Positions 29,743 through 39,591 of a stretch of DNA of 64,000 bases are shown here, piece by piece. This DNA comes from a virus, in IMG/VR virus record IMGVR_UViG_3300046492_000366, positions 2,843 through 66,842 of that record, one strand, 5' to 3'. Every line of letters begins with the position of its first letter. The first letter of the stretch is position 1. The notes beneath the pieces are model-generated. The model made no database searches and had not been told where the DNA came from. It was given only the letters and a program-made list of their open reading frames with translations. The position numbers and the translations under genes are program-made.

Positions 29743-30102
29743 ATGCAGGAAAGCAACCAGCAGATTGATCTGCAACGCCTTACCAACCTCATTGCAAACT
29801 TTTTTGCGGCCAAGATTGTACTCAGCCAGCTAAGCCGCGCCGCAGCTGCGGAAGAGGAAACGGCAACCAAAACTTTCGCTTCCGCCCACGCCTTTCTGTC
29901 ACAGAACGGGTTCATCCCAGATGAGGCATTCCTAAAGCCGTTACCTGAGGGGAAAGATCAATATCTAGTCCGGATTATCGGCCAAGACGGGTGCATGCCC
30001 TACAGCGACAAAGAGCGCTGTTTTACCGTTCCTGGCTCAACGATCCAATTTGTACTGAGCAACTTTTATCCGACTTGGTTTCACAACTTGAAACGGGTAT
30101 GA
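29743..30102 (+). CDS. Hypothetical protein, antisense moron
   Basis: 119-aa ORF after hairpin GTGCCGCA..TGCGGCAC. Confidence 0.6.
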   Translation: MQESNQQIDLQRLTNLIANFFAAKIVLSQLSRAAAAEEETATKTFASAHAFLSQNGFIPDEAFLKPLPEGKDQYLVRIIGQDGCMPYSDKERCFTVPGSTIQFVLSNFYPTWFHNLKRV

Positions 30103-30173
30103 CACGTAGGTTCGGCCAGTCATAAATCCCAATGTCGCGACACAATTTTCTGATTCGCGGAACGTGTCGCGAC

Positions 30174-30521
30174 TTACTTGGATCGACGCTCAATCCCGCC
30201 CGGCGCCTTTTCACAGCGCAGGCAGTGCTCACAGTTCAGCGTTCGGCACAGCCAGGCTTTCACCCGCTGCCACCATATGACCATGAAGATGTGACGCATG
30301 CCGGCCAGGGCCAATGAGACGTGCAGCGTGATCCCGGCGGTGGTTGGGCCCATCATGAAAATGCTCTGCTCTCGGCTCATGACCACGAAACCACTGATGG
30401 CGATCGCCGAATAGATCAGCTTGCCGATGACACCGTCCCGCACTCGACCGCTCAGAACACACCAGGTCGCCCACAAGGCAATCAAGCCGCAGGCGATGGA
30501 GTTGATCAGTTCAAGATTCAT
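30174..30521 (-). CDS. Holin/antiholin-like membrane protein
   Basis: Three hydrophobic segments; coupled to the upstream holin. Confidence 0.7.
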   Translation of the reverse strand: MNLELINSIACGLIALWATWCVLSGRVRDGVIGKLIYSAIAISGFVVMSREQSIFMMGPTTAGITLHVSLALAGMRHIFMVIWWQRVKAWLCRTLNCEHCLRCEKAPGGIERRSK

Positions 30522-30856
30522 GGTGGATTGCCTCCCCCGAACCGATGGCGAATGAGCGCCCACAGATCAGCGGCTTTGATGGCTCGGTTGATGGCTGCGA
30601 GCAGCGATCCGCCGAAGGTTCCGAGCAGGAAGCCAATGCCCGCGACAATCTTCGGCTCGGTCACGCCAAGGTAGGTGCTGACCATGCTCGTCAGGTACAG
30701 CGAGCAGGCAATCCCTGTGATCAGGAAGATCAGCCAGGCGCGCCAGTCCGCCAGATCGTCTTTGTGCCACCAGCTTGCGACGACAGCGCCGACCAGTCCT
30801 GCGATCAGCAATTCAAACCTGTCGATCTTGTCGAGCAGGCGCTGCAATAACTCCAT
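30518..30856 (-). CDS. Holin
   Basis: Three TM segments, GFLLGTFGGSLL; first late gene after Q. Confidence 0.75.
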   Translation of the reverse strand: MELLQRLLDKIDRFELLIAGLVGAVVASWWHKDDLADWRAWLIFLITGIACSLYLTSMVSTYLGVTEPKIVAGIGFLLGTFGGSLLAAINRAIKAADLWALIRHRFGGGNPP

Positions 30857-30972
30857 GCGCTCGACTCCAAAATAGGCATGTTGATTGAAATGGAAATTCG
30901 AAATTGTCGGATGCAAGCACGATCATTAGGATAAGGGCACGATTGCCCCAGACATTTCAGAGAACGTTGCAA

Positions 30973-31635
30973 ATGTGGCTTACAGAAACCTGGACTTGGA
31001 TTACCGCTCACTCAGAAGTAAACACGATAGCGGCTAGCGCGAGCGCTATATCTGCTATCGCGGGCCTGATGTCGGCAATGGCAGCGTTCCGTGCGATTAA
31101 AAGAAACGACAAAAATCACGCCATATCTCTCGCGAATATAGAGAAGGCGAGAATTCAGGAAGAGGAAATAGCTACTGCAAGGAGAGAGAACGAGAGACTT
31201 CTGAAACATGCCGTGACGACAATGGAACGAGCTTACCTTGCACTTCGAGGCCCTTCCTCGCAGGTTCTATTTCCACCACAAAGTCGATTGAACTGGTTAA
31301 CAGCTGCTCGTCTTATTGAGGAGTACCGGTTGACGAAAAGCGACATTGGAGATCCCAACCTTTACCGAGAGTGCGAGAGCCATGAGGAACATTGGCGGCA
31401 TCAGATCTACCTTCTTCTCCAACCGCTTGCGGTCCAGCATCCTGACTACTTCCGGTCAGGATCATCGTCCGAGATGATCCAATGCGTTTCCGCTGTCATA
31501 GTCCATTCTTTCGCAGACTGGCCAGCGGGAAAAATAGATCCTCTTTCAAAATATCCATCTACCTCCGAGGCTCTGGAGAAGTTCGGTGTAAACCCCAACT
31601 GGTTCAACCTTGTGCAAAACCTTCGCGACTTTTAG
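30973..31635 (+). CDS. Moron with N-terminal hydrophobic helix
   Basis: 220-aa ORF antisense to the late operon. Confidence 0.75.
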   Translation: MWLTETWTWITAHSEVNTIAASASAISAIAGLMSAMAAFRAIKRNDKNHAISLANIEKARIQEEEIATARRENERLLKHAVTTMERAYLALRGPSSQVLFPPQSRLNWLTAARLIEEYRLTKSDIGDPNLYRECESHEEHWRHQIYLLLQPLAVQHPDYFRSGSSSEMIQCVSAVIVHSFADWPAGKIDPLSKYPSTSEALEKFGVNPNWFNLVQNLRDF

Positions 31636-31691
31636 TCACAAGGAAACCGGAACTTGGGCGGGTTATGTGAGTCATACGAGCTAGGCGGAGA

Positions 31692-31907
31692 CTACTTCGC
31701 CCCGCCGTTATTGCGATCCGTCTGGGCGTCCTGATCAGAGCCTGGGTTTCCCGGCGGGGGATTCCAATCTTCTGGTCGTTCGTCAGTGCCCTCCTTCGGC
31801 TCAGATTCAGCCTGCTCTAAGCCCGATTCATGCCCTTCACCAGCGTGAGGCGCTTGCTCGCTTGGTCCTGGATATGGCGCTTCAGGGCCGTTGTTGTCTT
31901 CGATCAT
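31692..31907 (-). CDS. Small acidic disordered protein
   Basis: SD GGGAGAG; 71 aa rich in P/E/G/D. Confidence 0.6.
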   Translation of the reverse strand: MIEDNNGPEAPYPGPSEQAPHAGEGHESGLEQAESEPKEGTDERPEDWNPPPGNPGSDQDAQTDRNNGGAK

Positions 31908-32103
31908 GATTCTCTCCCGTCAGACGCGCAGGGTCTGCGCTTACTACTACTGAGAGAAGTTTCGAAAACACGGAGTGCAATTTCCTCGACGAGCGGCCAC
32001 AAAAAAACCCCGCACGTTGGCGAGGCTTTGAAGTGGTCGTGCGCTGGATGTAAGTTGCGCAGTGTGGGAAAAGTACATCAAATTCCCCACCATAGCAACA
32101 CCT

Positions 32104-32781
32104 TTATGCCGCATCCTCCGAGTTTTCTGTGTGAATAACCTGCCAAACAGGCTGCTGCGCCTGAATATCCACTTCCTCGATGGCGTTTCTCAGGAAATTC
32201 CAAATATCGATCCAGTCCCGATCCCAATGCTTGGGCTGGATAGCTATCCCGTACAGCTTCATCATGGCGTCAGACACCCGAGCCGGGCCCCACGCATCAC
32301 CGCCGTTCGCCTCGGCCTTGTAGGACTGCAGGGCGCAGGTGATCAGGCAGTGCACCTTAGCTGCCTTAGCATCGGTGAGCGCACCGAAGTCGGTATCCGA
32401 CCAGATCAGCTTTTCGGCATTCAGCATGTGCACGACGGTCATGCACGGGTGGTAGAGGTAGTGCCCCAACTGCTGCACCTGGAACGGCAAGGACTCGATC
32501 GCCTTCTGGACCTTCCCCATGGTCACCAGGTGGGCGGCGCGATGTGTCGACCGACCAATCGGCGTGCGGCGCGTCTCGGCGATGTGGATCTTCTGGCGTA
32601 CAACCATGATGCGCTCTTCCTTGTCGTCTCCCTGGGCAGCGAAGATGATCTCGCGCAGTGCTGCCTTTTCTTTCCTTACTACGGTTGCGGACTTGGCCCG
32701 ATCAGCCGCCGCAGTGCTGATTGAGGCGTTCGATTCGTGCTGCGCATCAGTCCACGCTTGACGTGCGTTGATCAATTTCAT
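32104..32781 (-). CDS. Late-gene antiterminator Q-like protein
   Basis: Position after ninG and before lysis/late genes; NARQAWTDA N-terminus. Confidence 0.7.
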   Translation of the reverse strand: MKLINARQAWTDAQHESNASISTAAADRAKSATVVRKEKAALREIIFAAQGDDKEERIMVVRQKIHIAETRRTPIGRSTHRAAHLVTMGKVQKAIESLPFQVQQLGHYLYHPCMTVVHMLNAEKLIWSDTDFGALTDAKAAKVHCLITCALQSYKAEANGGDAWGPARVSDAMMKLYGIAIQPKHWDRDWIDIWNFLRNAIEEVDIQAQQPVWQVIHTENSEDAA

Positions 32782-33362
32782 GCTGCCTGCCCCTTCTTCA
32801 GTTCTCGGGTCTTGGCCCGGTATTCGGCCTTGATGGTTTTGATTTCTTCGACAGTGTGTTTGCAGACCGGGTGCGGCCCTTCCAGCCAATCGACCTTTTC
32901 CGGGCCGATCAGCTGCATAAGCGAAAGCCGGTAATTCACCAAATTGCCGGACAGATGCGTGTTGCATGGTGCGCATTGCTTCCACACGTTGAGCGGTTCG
33001 AATCGCAGCTCGGGGTTCGCTCCCACAGAGCGATAGTGCCCAGCGTGGTATTGGCCTTCGTGGTGACGACCGCAACTCACGCAAGGGCGATCGGCATCAC
33101 GCGAGCGGATCCACTCGTTGAACGCTGCTTGGGCTTCGCGCATGTGTTCCGCCCTGCTCTTCAGCTTCTCCTTGCGTACCTGGATATCTCGGCGGTCGCG
33201 CTGGGCGATGGCCTTGCGGGCTTTGTCATGATTCTTCGGCGCATCGATCAAGGCGCATGCCGGGCTGCAAACCGCCTGCCCCATCCGCGATGGGACGAAT
33301 GTGGTCCTACAAGTAGCAACGCGGCATTTCTTCGGTTTTGGCTGCTTCCTTGCGATCGTCAT
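32778..33362 (-). CDS. ninG: NinG/Rap recombination endonuclease
   Basis: CVSCGR...HAGHYRS...LRFEPLNVWKQCAPCN..LSGN. Confidence 0.93.
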   Translation of the reverse strand: MTIARKQPKPKKCRVATCRTTFVPSRMGQAVCSPACALIDAPKNHDKARKAIAQRDRRDIQVRKEKLKSRAEHMREAQAAFNEWIRSRDADRPCVSCGRHHEGQYHAGHYRSVGANPELRFEPLNVWKQCAPCNTHLSGNLVNYRLSLMQLIGPEKVDWLEGPHPVCKHTVEEIKTIKAEYRAKTRELKKGQAA

Positions 33363-33829
33363 GCAGCCTCCTGGCTCAGCAGATCATCGAAGTACACGCC
33401 CTGCTGTGTGAAGCGCGCGGCGATCCGGTCGGTGTAGGCAATGCCCTGGGCGCGATTGAACAAACTGGTGACCGGGAAACCGTCCGGGCCAAACAGCTTG
33501 CAGCCTCCCATCATGGCCAACTTCGTCTCGTACGGAAGGTGGCGCATGACTCGGTACCACTCCGTCTGAAACCCGGCATCCTCGTTCAACAGGATCTGCA
33601 CGCCGATATGCAACTTGCAGTACCGGCGAGCGTCGGCCTCATCGCCGATCTGGGTCATCTCGGCAATCCGCTTGTACATCGCGAACCACAGCCGGTTTTG
33701 ATCCAGCGTGCGGTCTTTACCCGGGCGCAGCGACACAACGACGAACTTCTTGTCGCGGAACATAGCGCTGAGTTTGGTTATGGCCTCGGAGAGCTTGGCC
33801 TGGCAGTTGACGCTGATCTTGTCGGTCAT
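33359..33829 (-). CDS. NinB-like protein
   Basis: RTLDQNRLW motif; upstream of ninG. Confidence 0.75.
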   Translation of the reverse strand: MTDKISVNCQAKLSEAITKLSAMFRDKKFVVVSLRPGKDRTLDQNRLWFAMYKRIAEMTQIGDEADARRYCKLHIGVQILLNEDAGFQTEWYRVMRHLPYETKLAMMGGCKLFGPDGFPVTSLFNRAQGIAYTDRIAARFTQQGVYFDDLLSQEAA

Positions 33830-34149
33830 GGCTGCACCGCTTTGCTCATGGCGGCATCGATGGATGCGATGGCCGCTTGGCGTCTTGGGTGCTTGAAGGA
33901 AACCTCATTGTTTTCATCCAGCAGCCCACGCACCTCGGCTTCGTGAAGAATGAATTCGCGGGCCTCCAGCGCAGCCTTGCGCAGCGCTTCATTCTCGGCC
34001 AACAGCTCCAGCGCCACCTCCTCCACCGTCTTCTCCCCGAGGAACTCGCCGAGCGCTTCAGCGTTCTGCTTCCACTCCCCGCAGTCAGCCTTCCAAGAGG
34101 CGACTTCACTCCACAGCAGCTTCTGGAGCTTCTGTTTATCGATGCTCAT
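33826..34149 (-). CDS. Hypothetical nin-region protein
   Basis: Translationally coupled ORF. Confidence 0.7.
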   Translation of the reverse strand: MSIDKQKLQKLLWSEVASWKADCGEWKQNAEALGEFLGEKTVEEVALELLAENEALRKAALEAREFILHEAEVRGLLDENNEVSFKHPRRQAAIASIDAAMSKAVQP

Positions 34150-34943
34150 TGAGCCGCACTCCTTGCTTTCAATTGTTCAGCCTGTTGAATCAGCAGCGCC
34201 CGGCGATCCGCCAGCTCGTTGGCTGCCAGAATTCGCAGTTCTGTTTTTTCCTCGGCCGATGCTTGGCGCATGGCGAGCATCGAATCCTTCACCGCGGCGA
34301 GCTTCTCGCGCAGTTTTGGCGAAGGTCGAGTTACATCACCGGTGAGCAGCGCAACGACGGCCCGGCCGTCTTCGGTAACTGGCGCGACACTCAAGTCGGC
34401 CAGGTACAACTGCCCCCGCTCATGTGGGATCCGTTGCATCTGCACGGCCTTGGTGATCGCCTGAGTGCGGCGATTGGCGTCGAATCCAACCGACACATGC
34501 CAATTGACGTTTTTGTTGTCCTCCCGAGCCTGCCCTACCAAACGCTCATAAGCGCTGTTGAACGCCATGCGCGCACCGACCTTGTCGCCGGCGTCGAGGA
34601 CAGGTTTCGCAGCTGCCAGCGCAAGCTGAATTTCGTCGGTCAGCACCACGGTTTCAAATTCATCGTTGGTGGTCATGGCGATCGCCCATGCTTCGTCTTT
34701 GGCCGGGCGACCGTCAGCGGCCTGCACGCGCTGGAGAATGTCAGCCATGGCCAGCTTGCCCTTCACCTCGAAACGGCAGGCCTTCAGCGCGGCTTTCACG
34801 GTGGGCACTGAGTAAGCGCAGAGGTCTTCCGCCATCATCGCCGCGGTGCCTGGGTTCATTTCCTGACCCATGGCCTCGGCGGTGGCGCAGATCGCTGCAG
34901 CTAGCCCGGCAACCTGTTGGTCATTCATTTCAAAGGTACTCAT
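34146..34943 (-). CDS. Replication protein P-like (helicase loader position)
   Basis: Directly follows the initiator; DGRPAKDEAWA. Confidence 0.7.
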   Translation of the reverse strand: MSTFEMNDQQVAGLAAAICATAEAMGQEMNPGTAAMMAEDLCAYSVPTVKAALKACRFEVKGKLAMADILQRVQAADGRPAKDEAWAIAMTTNDEFETVVLTDEIQLALAAAKPVLDAGDKVGARMAFNSAYERLVGQAREDNKNVNWHVSVGFDANRRTQAITKAVQMQRIPHERGQLYLADLSVAPVTEDGRAVVALLTGDVTRPSPKLREKLAAVKDSMLAMRQASAEEKTELRILAANELADRRALLIQQAEQLKARSAAQ

Positions 34944-35901
34944 TGCGCTCCCCTGCTTGGCGCTTGGCCAAGACCATTTGCGCGGCCTGCTCGGCGGCGG
35001 AGACGTTCGCTTCGGTCCGTTCCATCTGGCGTGCTGTCGTGCCGTTGATGCGCTGACCGGTCACCCACTGGGTGTGGTAGCTCTCGGCGTTGGCCAGCAG
35101 TTCGTTGAGGCTGTGGCACTTGCGCAGCACTGCGGCATCGGCGGTTTTCAGGAAGTGTGCAGCGACGTGGTGGGCGACATCGGAGCCGAGGCGGTCGACC
35201 AGTTGACCGAGCTGGCCACCAACCTTGGCGTTCCATACCGGCCAGGCGCTGTAGCGCTTGCGGTAGGCCATGGCGTAGTTCGCCCAGACCTTGAAGGTTT
35301 TGCAGGACTGGTCTTTTGGGCCAGGCATGTCAGCGGGAATCTCAACCCGTGGCGCATCGGTGCGATCAACCACTAGCACCAGGTTGCGGGCCGGCTTGTC
35401 CGGGCTGCCCTGCAAGTCCTGATTGGTATCCTGATTGGTACCCTGATGATTGGTATCCTGATTTGTCGGAGATTTTTCCGACCCTTGTTCGGATTTTTCT
35501 CCGACCTTGCTCGGATTTTTTTCCGAGGTAGATCGGATTTTTTTCCGACCATCGTTCTTCGGTGGGGTCGGATATTTTTCCGACCCGTCGAGCTTCTGGT
35601 TCCACTCAATCGCCTTCTCAGTCAGGCGAAAAAGAGTGATGTTCGCGGTGCTGGAAAGCTCAATCAAGCCGGCTTCTTCCAGGGCCTTGAGCATGCGGTA
35701 CGCCGTGTCTGGCTTGTCAGTGAGCAGCGGCAGCTCCTCAATGATCTTGGCCTTGCTCAGCGCGAAGAAGATCCCGTCCTCAGTCTTGATTGGCTTGGTC
35801 CAGCTCGGGCAGCCGTAAACGAAGGCGAACAGCAGGGCCTGCTGAGAGTTCAGCCCCCACTCCAAGGCCTTAACCTGATTGATGGTTACGGTGAACTGCA
35901 T
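34930..35901 (-). CDS. Replication initiator (O-like)
   Basis: N-terminal wHTH-like region and internal DNA iterons. Confidence 0.85.
   Translation of the reverse strand: MQFTVTINQVKALEWGLNSQQALLFAFVYGCPSWTKPIKTEDGIFFALSKAKIIEELPLLTDKPDTAYRMLKALEEAGLIELSSTANITLFRLTEKAIEWNQKLDGSEKYPTPPKNDGRKKIRSTSEKNPSKVGEKSEQGSEKSPTNQDTNHQGTNQDTNQDLQGSPDKPARNLVLVVDRTDAPRVEIPADMPGPKDQSCKTFKVWANYAMAYRKRYSAWPVWNAKVGGQLGQLVDRLGSDVAHHVAAHFLKTADAAVLRKCHSLNELLANAESYHTQWVTGQRINGTTARQMERTEANVSAAEQAAQMVLAKRQAGERNEYL
35415..35590. repeat. Origin iterons within the initiator gene
   Basis: About five CGGAT(T)nCCGA units (35468-35586) and three CTGATTGGTA-like repeats. Confidence 0.8.
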
Positions 35902-36080
35902 GTCAGGTGTTCCTGACGCTAGGAGCAAAGAAATATATGCGCGACACGTTTTTCGAATTCTGAAAACGTGTCGCGACACTGGCCGGGGTATTGATCGTTT
36001 GGATTGCTTGGTGCATGATTTGCTCCACAAAGCGTTTTAAGAGAGCCAGGCCACGAACCTGGCTTTTTTTTGCCTGCGGT

Positions 36081-36548
36081 TTATGCGCGGGCTTTGTGCA
36101 ACTCGATTACTGCGCCGACAGCCTCAAGGCTCGCCGACATGTATTTGGCGTGCAGAGCGCGAATTTTCTTTGCTTCGCACTCATCAATCTCACCGTCTTC
36201 CAAGGCAGAAGCCACCATCTGATCAAGCGCACCGCGCTGTGCAGATGCAGCTAGCGAGCGCTGATACAGGTCGACGTTGTCCAACTCCCCCGCTTCCGGG
36301 ATCTTCACGAACACGCCGCCATACATGCCGCAGATGTAGTCGGGCAGATGCTCGGTCTTCGTCTCGCTTTCCAGCACGAAGATTTCGGCATCACTCAACG
36401 GCTTGCAGCCTGCTGTCTCGTAGATCTGGTTTTCCAGGCGCTTGTCCTTGATTCCAAGACGCGCAGCTGCGCAATCCAATCCGCCAGGGAAAGCGTTGGA
36501 CACGGCAGCCATTACTTGGCGGCGGGTCTCTAGCACGGGGGTTTTCAT
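36081..36548 (-). CDS. CII-like regulator (YmfL-type)
   Basis: Follows cro; FPGGLDCAAARLG, ALEDGEID. Confidence 0.75.
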   Translation of the reverse strand: MKTPVLETRRQVMAAVSNAFPGGLDCAAARLGIKDKRLENQIYETAGCKPLSDAEIFVLESETKTEHLPDYICGMYGGVFVKIPEAGELDNVDLYQRSLAASAQRGALDQMVASALEDGEIDECEAKKIRALHAKYMSASLEAVGAVIELHKARA

Positions 36549-36612
36549 GTCCTAGTTTTTCCTTGGTTCAGTTGCGATCAGAATGACGTCAATGGATCAG
36601 TGGAAAGGAATG

Positions 36613-36819
36613 TCAGGCGGCGGTTCTTTGAACCGGGAGCTGGCACGGAAATGGACGAACCTCCTCCGCTGTCAGCCTTCCGTCCTCATGCTCAATGACC
36701 AGAATTTCCCTGGCTGCCTTCAAGGCTTTCGAAATGGCTGGAGCGCTGACGCCAAGGCCCTTGGCGACAGCGGACTGACCAATTCGCTCAACCAGTTCTG
36801 GCAGTGGCGTCTTTTTCAT
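36613..36819 (-). CDS. cro: Cro repressor
   Basis: HTH GQSAVAKGLGVSAPAISKAL, EEVRPFP; divergent from cI. Confidence 0.92.
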   Translation of the reverse strand: MKKTPLPELVERIGQSAVAKGLGVSAPAISKALKAAREILVIEHEDGRLTAEEVRPFPCQLPVQRTAA

Positions 36820-36850
36820 GTCGTTGCCTCAGCAAACTTTGTCAAACCCA

Positions 36851-36920
36851 ATATTAACCGCCGGTTAGTTTTCTAGCAATACCGGCGGTTGCCGCAATAA
36901 AATTAACCAACGGTTAAATT
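36851..36920. promoter_or_regulatory. OR region: three operators, pR and pRM
   Basis: TTAACCGCCGGTTAG 36854, AATACCGGCGGTTGC 36878, TTAACCAACGGTTAA 36903; minus-strand TTGCTA-17-TAATAT; plus-strand -10 TAAATT. Confidence 0.8.
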
Positions 36921-36926
36921 TCACGG

Positions 36927-37793
36927 ATGAGCAGAAAGAAAGAGCTGTCCCCAGAACTGAAAGCTGAGTGCGACGCCGCGAAGGCGCTTTTCGTATCGAA
37001 AAAGAACGCGCTCGGATTGACTCAGGCGAGCCTTGCGGCGGAGGCTGATATATCGGCCGCTGCAGTAGCGATGTACCTGAATGGAACGAACCCTCTGAAC
37101 GCCAAGTTCGCGTCGGTTCTAGCGCGTTTACTTGGCGTTCCAGTCGAGCGCTTCAGTAAGCGACTTGCGCGCGAGATCAGCGGGCTGACAAGTGTCGCCG
37201 AAGCGCCATTGGCTTCGACGCTTTCTGCCGCTGATATGGTCCGCCAGATGCTCGATAAGCAGGGCAAAGGGTTGACTGACACGGCCAGACAAAGATTGAT
37301 GGCAGCCGCTGAAGCAGATGATGCCGGCGGCACCATCGAGCTTGACTACTACCGGCCAGGGGTTGTGGGTGATGAGGTATGGATTGCGCACTACGACGTC
37401 CGCGCAGCCATGGGCGGCGGCCAGATCCCGCATGACTATCCAGAGATGCTGCAGGATGTCCGAGTAAGTCCTCAGCATCTGCGCGAGATGGGTGTCGAGT
37501 TCAAAGAGCATTTCCATCTGAAAATGGTGACCGGTTGGGGTCAGTCGATGGCGCCCACTATCAAGCATCGCGACCCGCTGCTCGTGGACGTTAGCATTCG
37601 GGAGTTCGTAGGCGATGGAATCTACATGTTTTCGTGGGAAGGTCATCTATACATCAAGCGGCTGCAGTGGATAGGGGATGAACAGATTAAGATGATTTCT
37701 GACAATGATCGTCACTCACCACAAACGATTAGATCGGAAGAAACTTTCATCCAGGCGCGCGTGCTGCTGGTGTGGAATGCCAATTTGCTTTGA
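36927..37793 (+). CDS. cI: CI repressor (HTH + S24 peptidase)
   Basis: N-terminal HTH; GQSMAPT and YIKRL catalytic motifs. Confidence 0.95.
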   Translation: MSRKKELSPELKAECDAAKALFVSKKNALGLTQASLAAEADISAAAVAMYLNGTNPLNAKFASVLARLLGVPVERFSKRLAREISGLTSVAEAPLASTLSAADMVRQMLDKQGKGLTDTARQRLMAAAEADDAGGTIELDYYRPGVVGDEVWIAHYDVRAAMGGGQIPHDYPEMLQDVRVSPQHLREMGVEFKEHFHLKMVTGWGQSMAPTIKHRDPLLVDVSIREFVGDGIYMFSWEGHLYIKRLQWIGDEQIKMISDNDRHSPQTIRSEETFIQARVLLVWNANLL

Positions 37794-37859
37794 TACAACC
37801 AAGAAAATCTGAATACTCAGCAACAGCCAAATTCAAACGAGAAACAACAAGGATGTCGA

Positions 37860-39575
37860 ATGGACCATATAGATAATACAAAAAAAGATGATGGTCCTTC
37901 TCTATTGCCTGATGGGCTTTCGAAAAAAGAATTAGGCATCGTCGACAATAAGAGTATCGTCATAAACTCTATTGCGGGAATTCACATCGAAAGATTTAGG
38001 GCATTTTTTAATGAGGAAATAAGCCTCGGCTCGCATGTAACAGTGTTCTCAGGACGAAATGGAACAATGAAAACCTCTCTAATGGGTCTAATTGCACATC
38101 CATTTACAAGCCAAGCGAAAGACGGATTCGATAACACGCTCAAGACTACACTCAAGGAAGTTTTCAAGCTATCTCCTAAGCATGACCAAGAGGACTATGA
38201 CTACAGCCTAATACTGGAGCTTGGGAAAGGTAAATATCTCAGAGAACCAGTCAGAATCTACTGGGTCGGCGATAAAACAAATCGACATCGCGTGGTTGTT
38301 TCAGGATCAGAGAAAGGGGACGGAAACCTAACTTATAACACTTCTTTTTTAAATCTTAAGCGGCTCTATCCGCTCGTGGATGCGAACGCCAAACTTGACG
38401 TCTCAAATGAGTTCGCGTTATCTCAAAAGGAGGAGAAAGAGCTAAAAAATTTTTATGAGACAGTTTTTCCCAGCTCTGAATATTCCCAATTTACTGGAGT
38501 ATACAAGGACAGGTATAAAACGACGTACGCACCGAGCGGAGACAGCGCAAAGCATGACTGGCTGACAATCTCTTCGGGAGAGGACAACCTCGGAGCGATT
38601 TTCAATAGATTAATCGGCTTTCAACGTGCTTATGCAAAAAATAAGATTGGTAATGGCGTCCTTTGTATAGATGAGTTTGAAGCCAGCTTACATCCAGTAG
38701 CCCAGATTAGGCTTTTTAACTATCTCTATCGCTGGGCTGGTGAGTATAAGGTACAGGTTGTGATCTCAACTCACTCTCTTGGCCTTATATCAGACATATA
38801 TGCCAGCCACGCTCAGAACATTGAAGCCAATCGCATATGCATGAATTTCATCAGCAAATCATTATCGGTTAAAGGGCGCTTACCGATTCTCAGAAACCCC
38901 CCTTTCTCACTTGCTTACAAAGAACTGACGATGGAGGATCCGCAGCAAGCTGCAGAAGCTCGAAAAATTAAAGTATTTTGCGAAGATGATATAGCCGTAC
39001 ATTTCGCAAAAAAGCTAATTGGATCGCAGAAGATCTTACGCGCAGTTGAATTCAAATCATCATTAAACCCCACATCTCCGACACCAGGGATGAGCTACAC
39101 TGAGTTAAAGCCACTGGCAAACACATGCGCAAGATTTCCTGCTCTGCTAGAGGGATGTCTTGTATTGTTGGATCCTGATGTGCCAGAGGAATTTTTAAAG
39201 AAGATCAAGGACAAAAATATATATCTTCTTTTACCGGATCCAGCAAATCTCGCCATAGAAAGAAGAATTATTTCATGGATTGTAGGGCTAGATAATGGTG
39301 ACCCCTTCTTCAAAAAATTCGGAGAAAGGGACAGATTCCTAGACCAATTCAAACAAAAAGGCTTGGAATCTTTAAATCCAGACGCTATAATTGACGAGAA
39401 AGTTGTAAGCATCGCATCTTGCAAAAATTGGGCGTTAAGCAACTTGTCGCGGTTTAAGATTTATGTAACTTATTACACTAAATCATGCGACGGAAAAACT
39501 GAGTTCCAGGAAAGCTTCTTAGCGGCTATTAACAAGATAAATACTTCCTCTGGACTTCCTGAGATAGAGTTTTAG
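37860..39575 (+). CDS. ABC-type ATPase fused to a TOPRIM-like domain (OLD-like)
   Basis: Walker A GRNGTMKTS, signature ISSGE, Walker B/D-loop LCIDEFEASLHP, H-loop ISTHS; TOPRIM-like VFCEDD and LLDPD. Confidence 0.85.
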   Translation: MDHIDNTKKDDGPSLLPDGLSKKELGIVDNKSIVINSIAGIHIERFRAFFNEEISLGSHVTVFSGRNGTMKTSLMGLIAHPFTSQAKDGFDNTLKTTLKEVFKLSPKHDQEDYDYSLILELGKGKYLREPVRIYWVGDKTNRHRVVVSGSEKGDGNLTYNTSFLNLKRLYPLVDANAKLDVSNEFALSQKEEKELKNFYETVFPSSEYSQFTGVYKDRYKTTYAPSGDSAKHDWLTISSGEDNLGAIFNRLIGFQRAYAKNKIGNGVLCIDEFEASLHPVAQIRLFNYLYRWAGEYKVQVVISTHSLGLISDIYASHAQNIEANRICMNFISKSLSVKGRLPILRNPPFSLAYKELTMEDPQQAAEARKIKVFCEDDIAVHFAKKLIGSQKILRAVEFKSSLNPTSPTPGMSYTELKPLANTCARFPALLEGCLVLLDPDVPEEFLKKIKDKNIYLLLPDPANLAIERRIISWIVGLDNGDPFFKKFGERDRFLDQFKQKGLESLNPDAIIDEKVVSIASCKNWALSNLSRFKIYVTYYTKSCDGKTEFQESFLAAINKINTSSGLPEIEF

Positions 39576-39591
39576 TATCTAGAGGGTCGAA

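Noticed and set aside
35415-35590. CRISPR-like or other repeat array
   Set aside because: Short degenerate repeats inside the initiator ORF without unique spacers; these fit origin iterons
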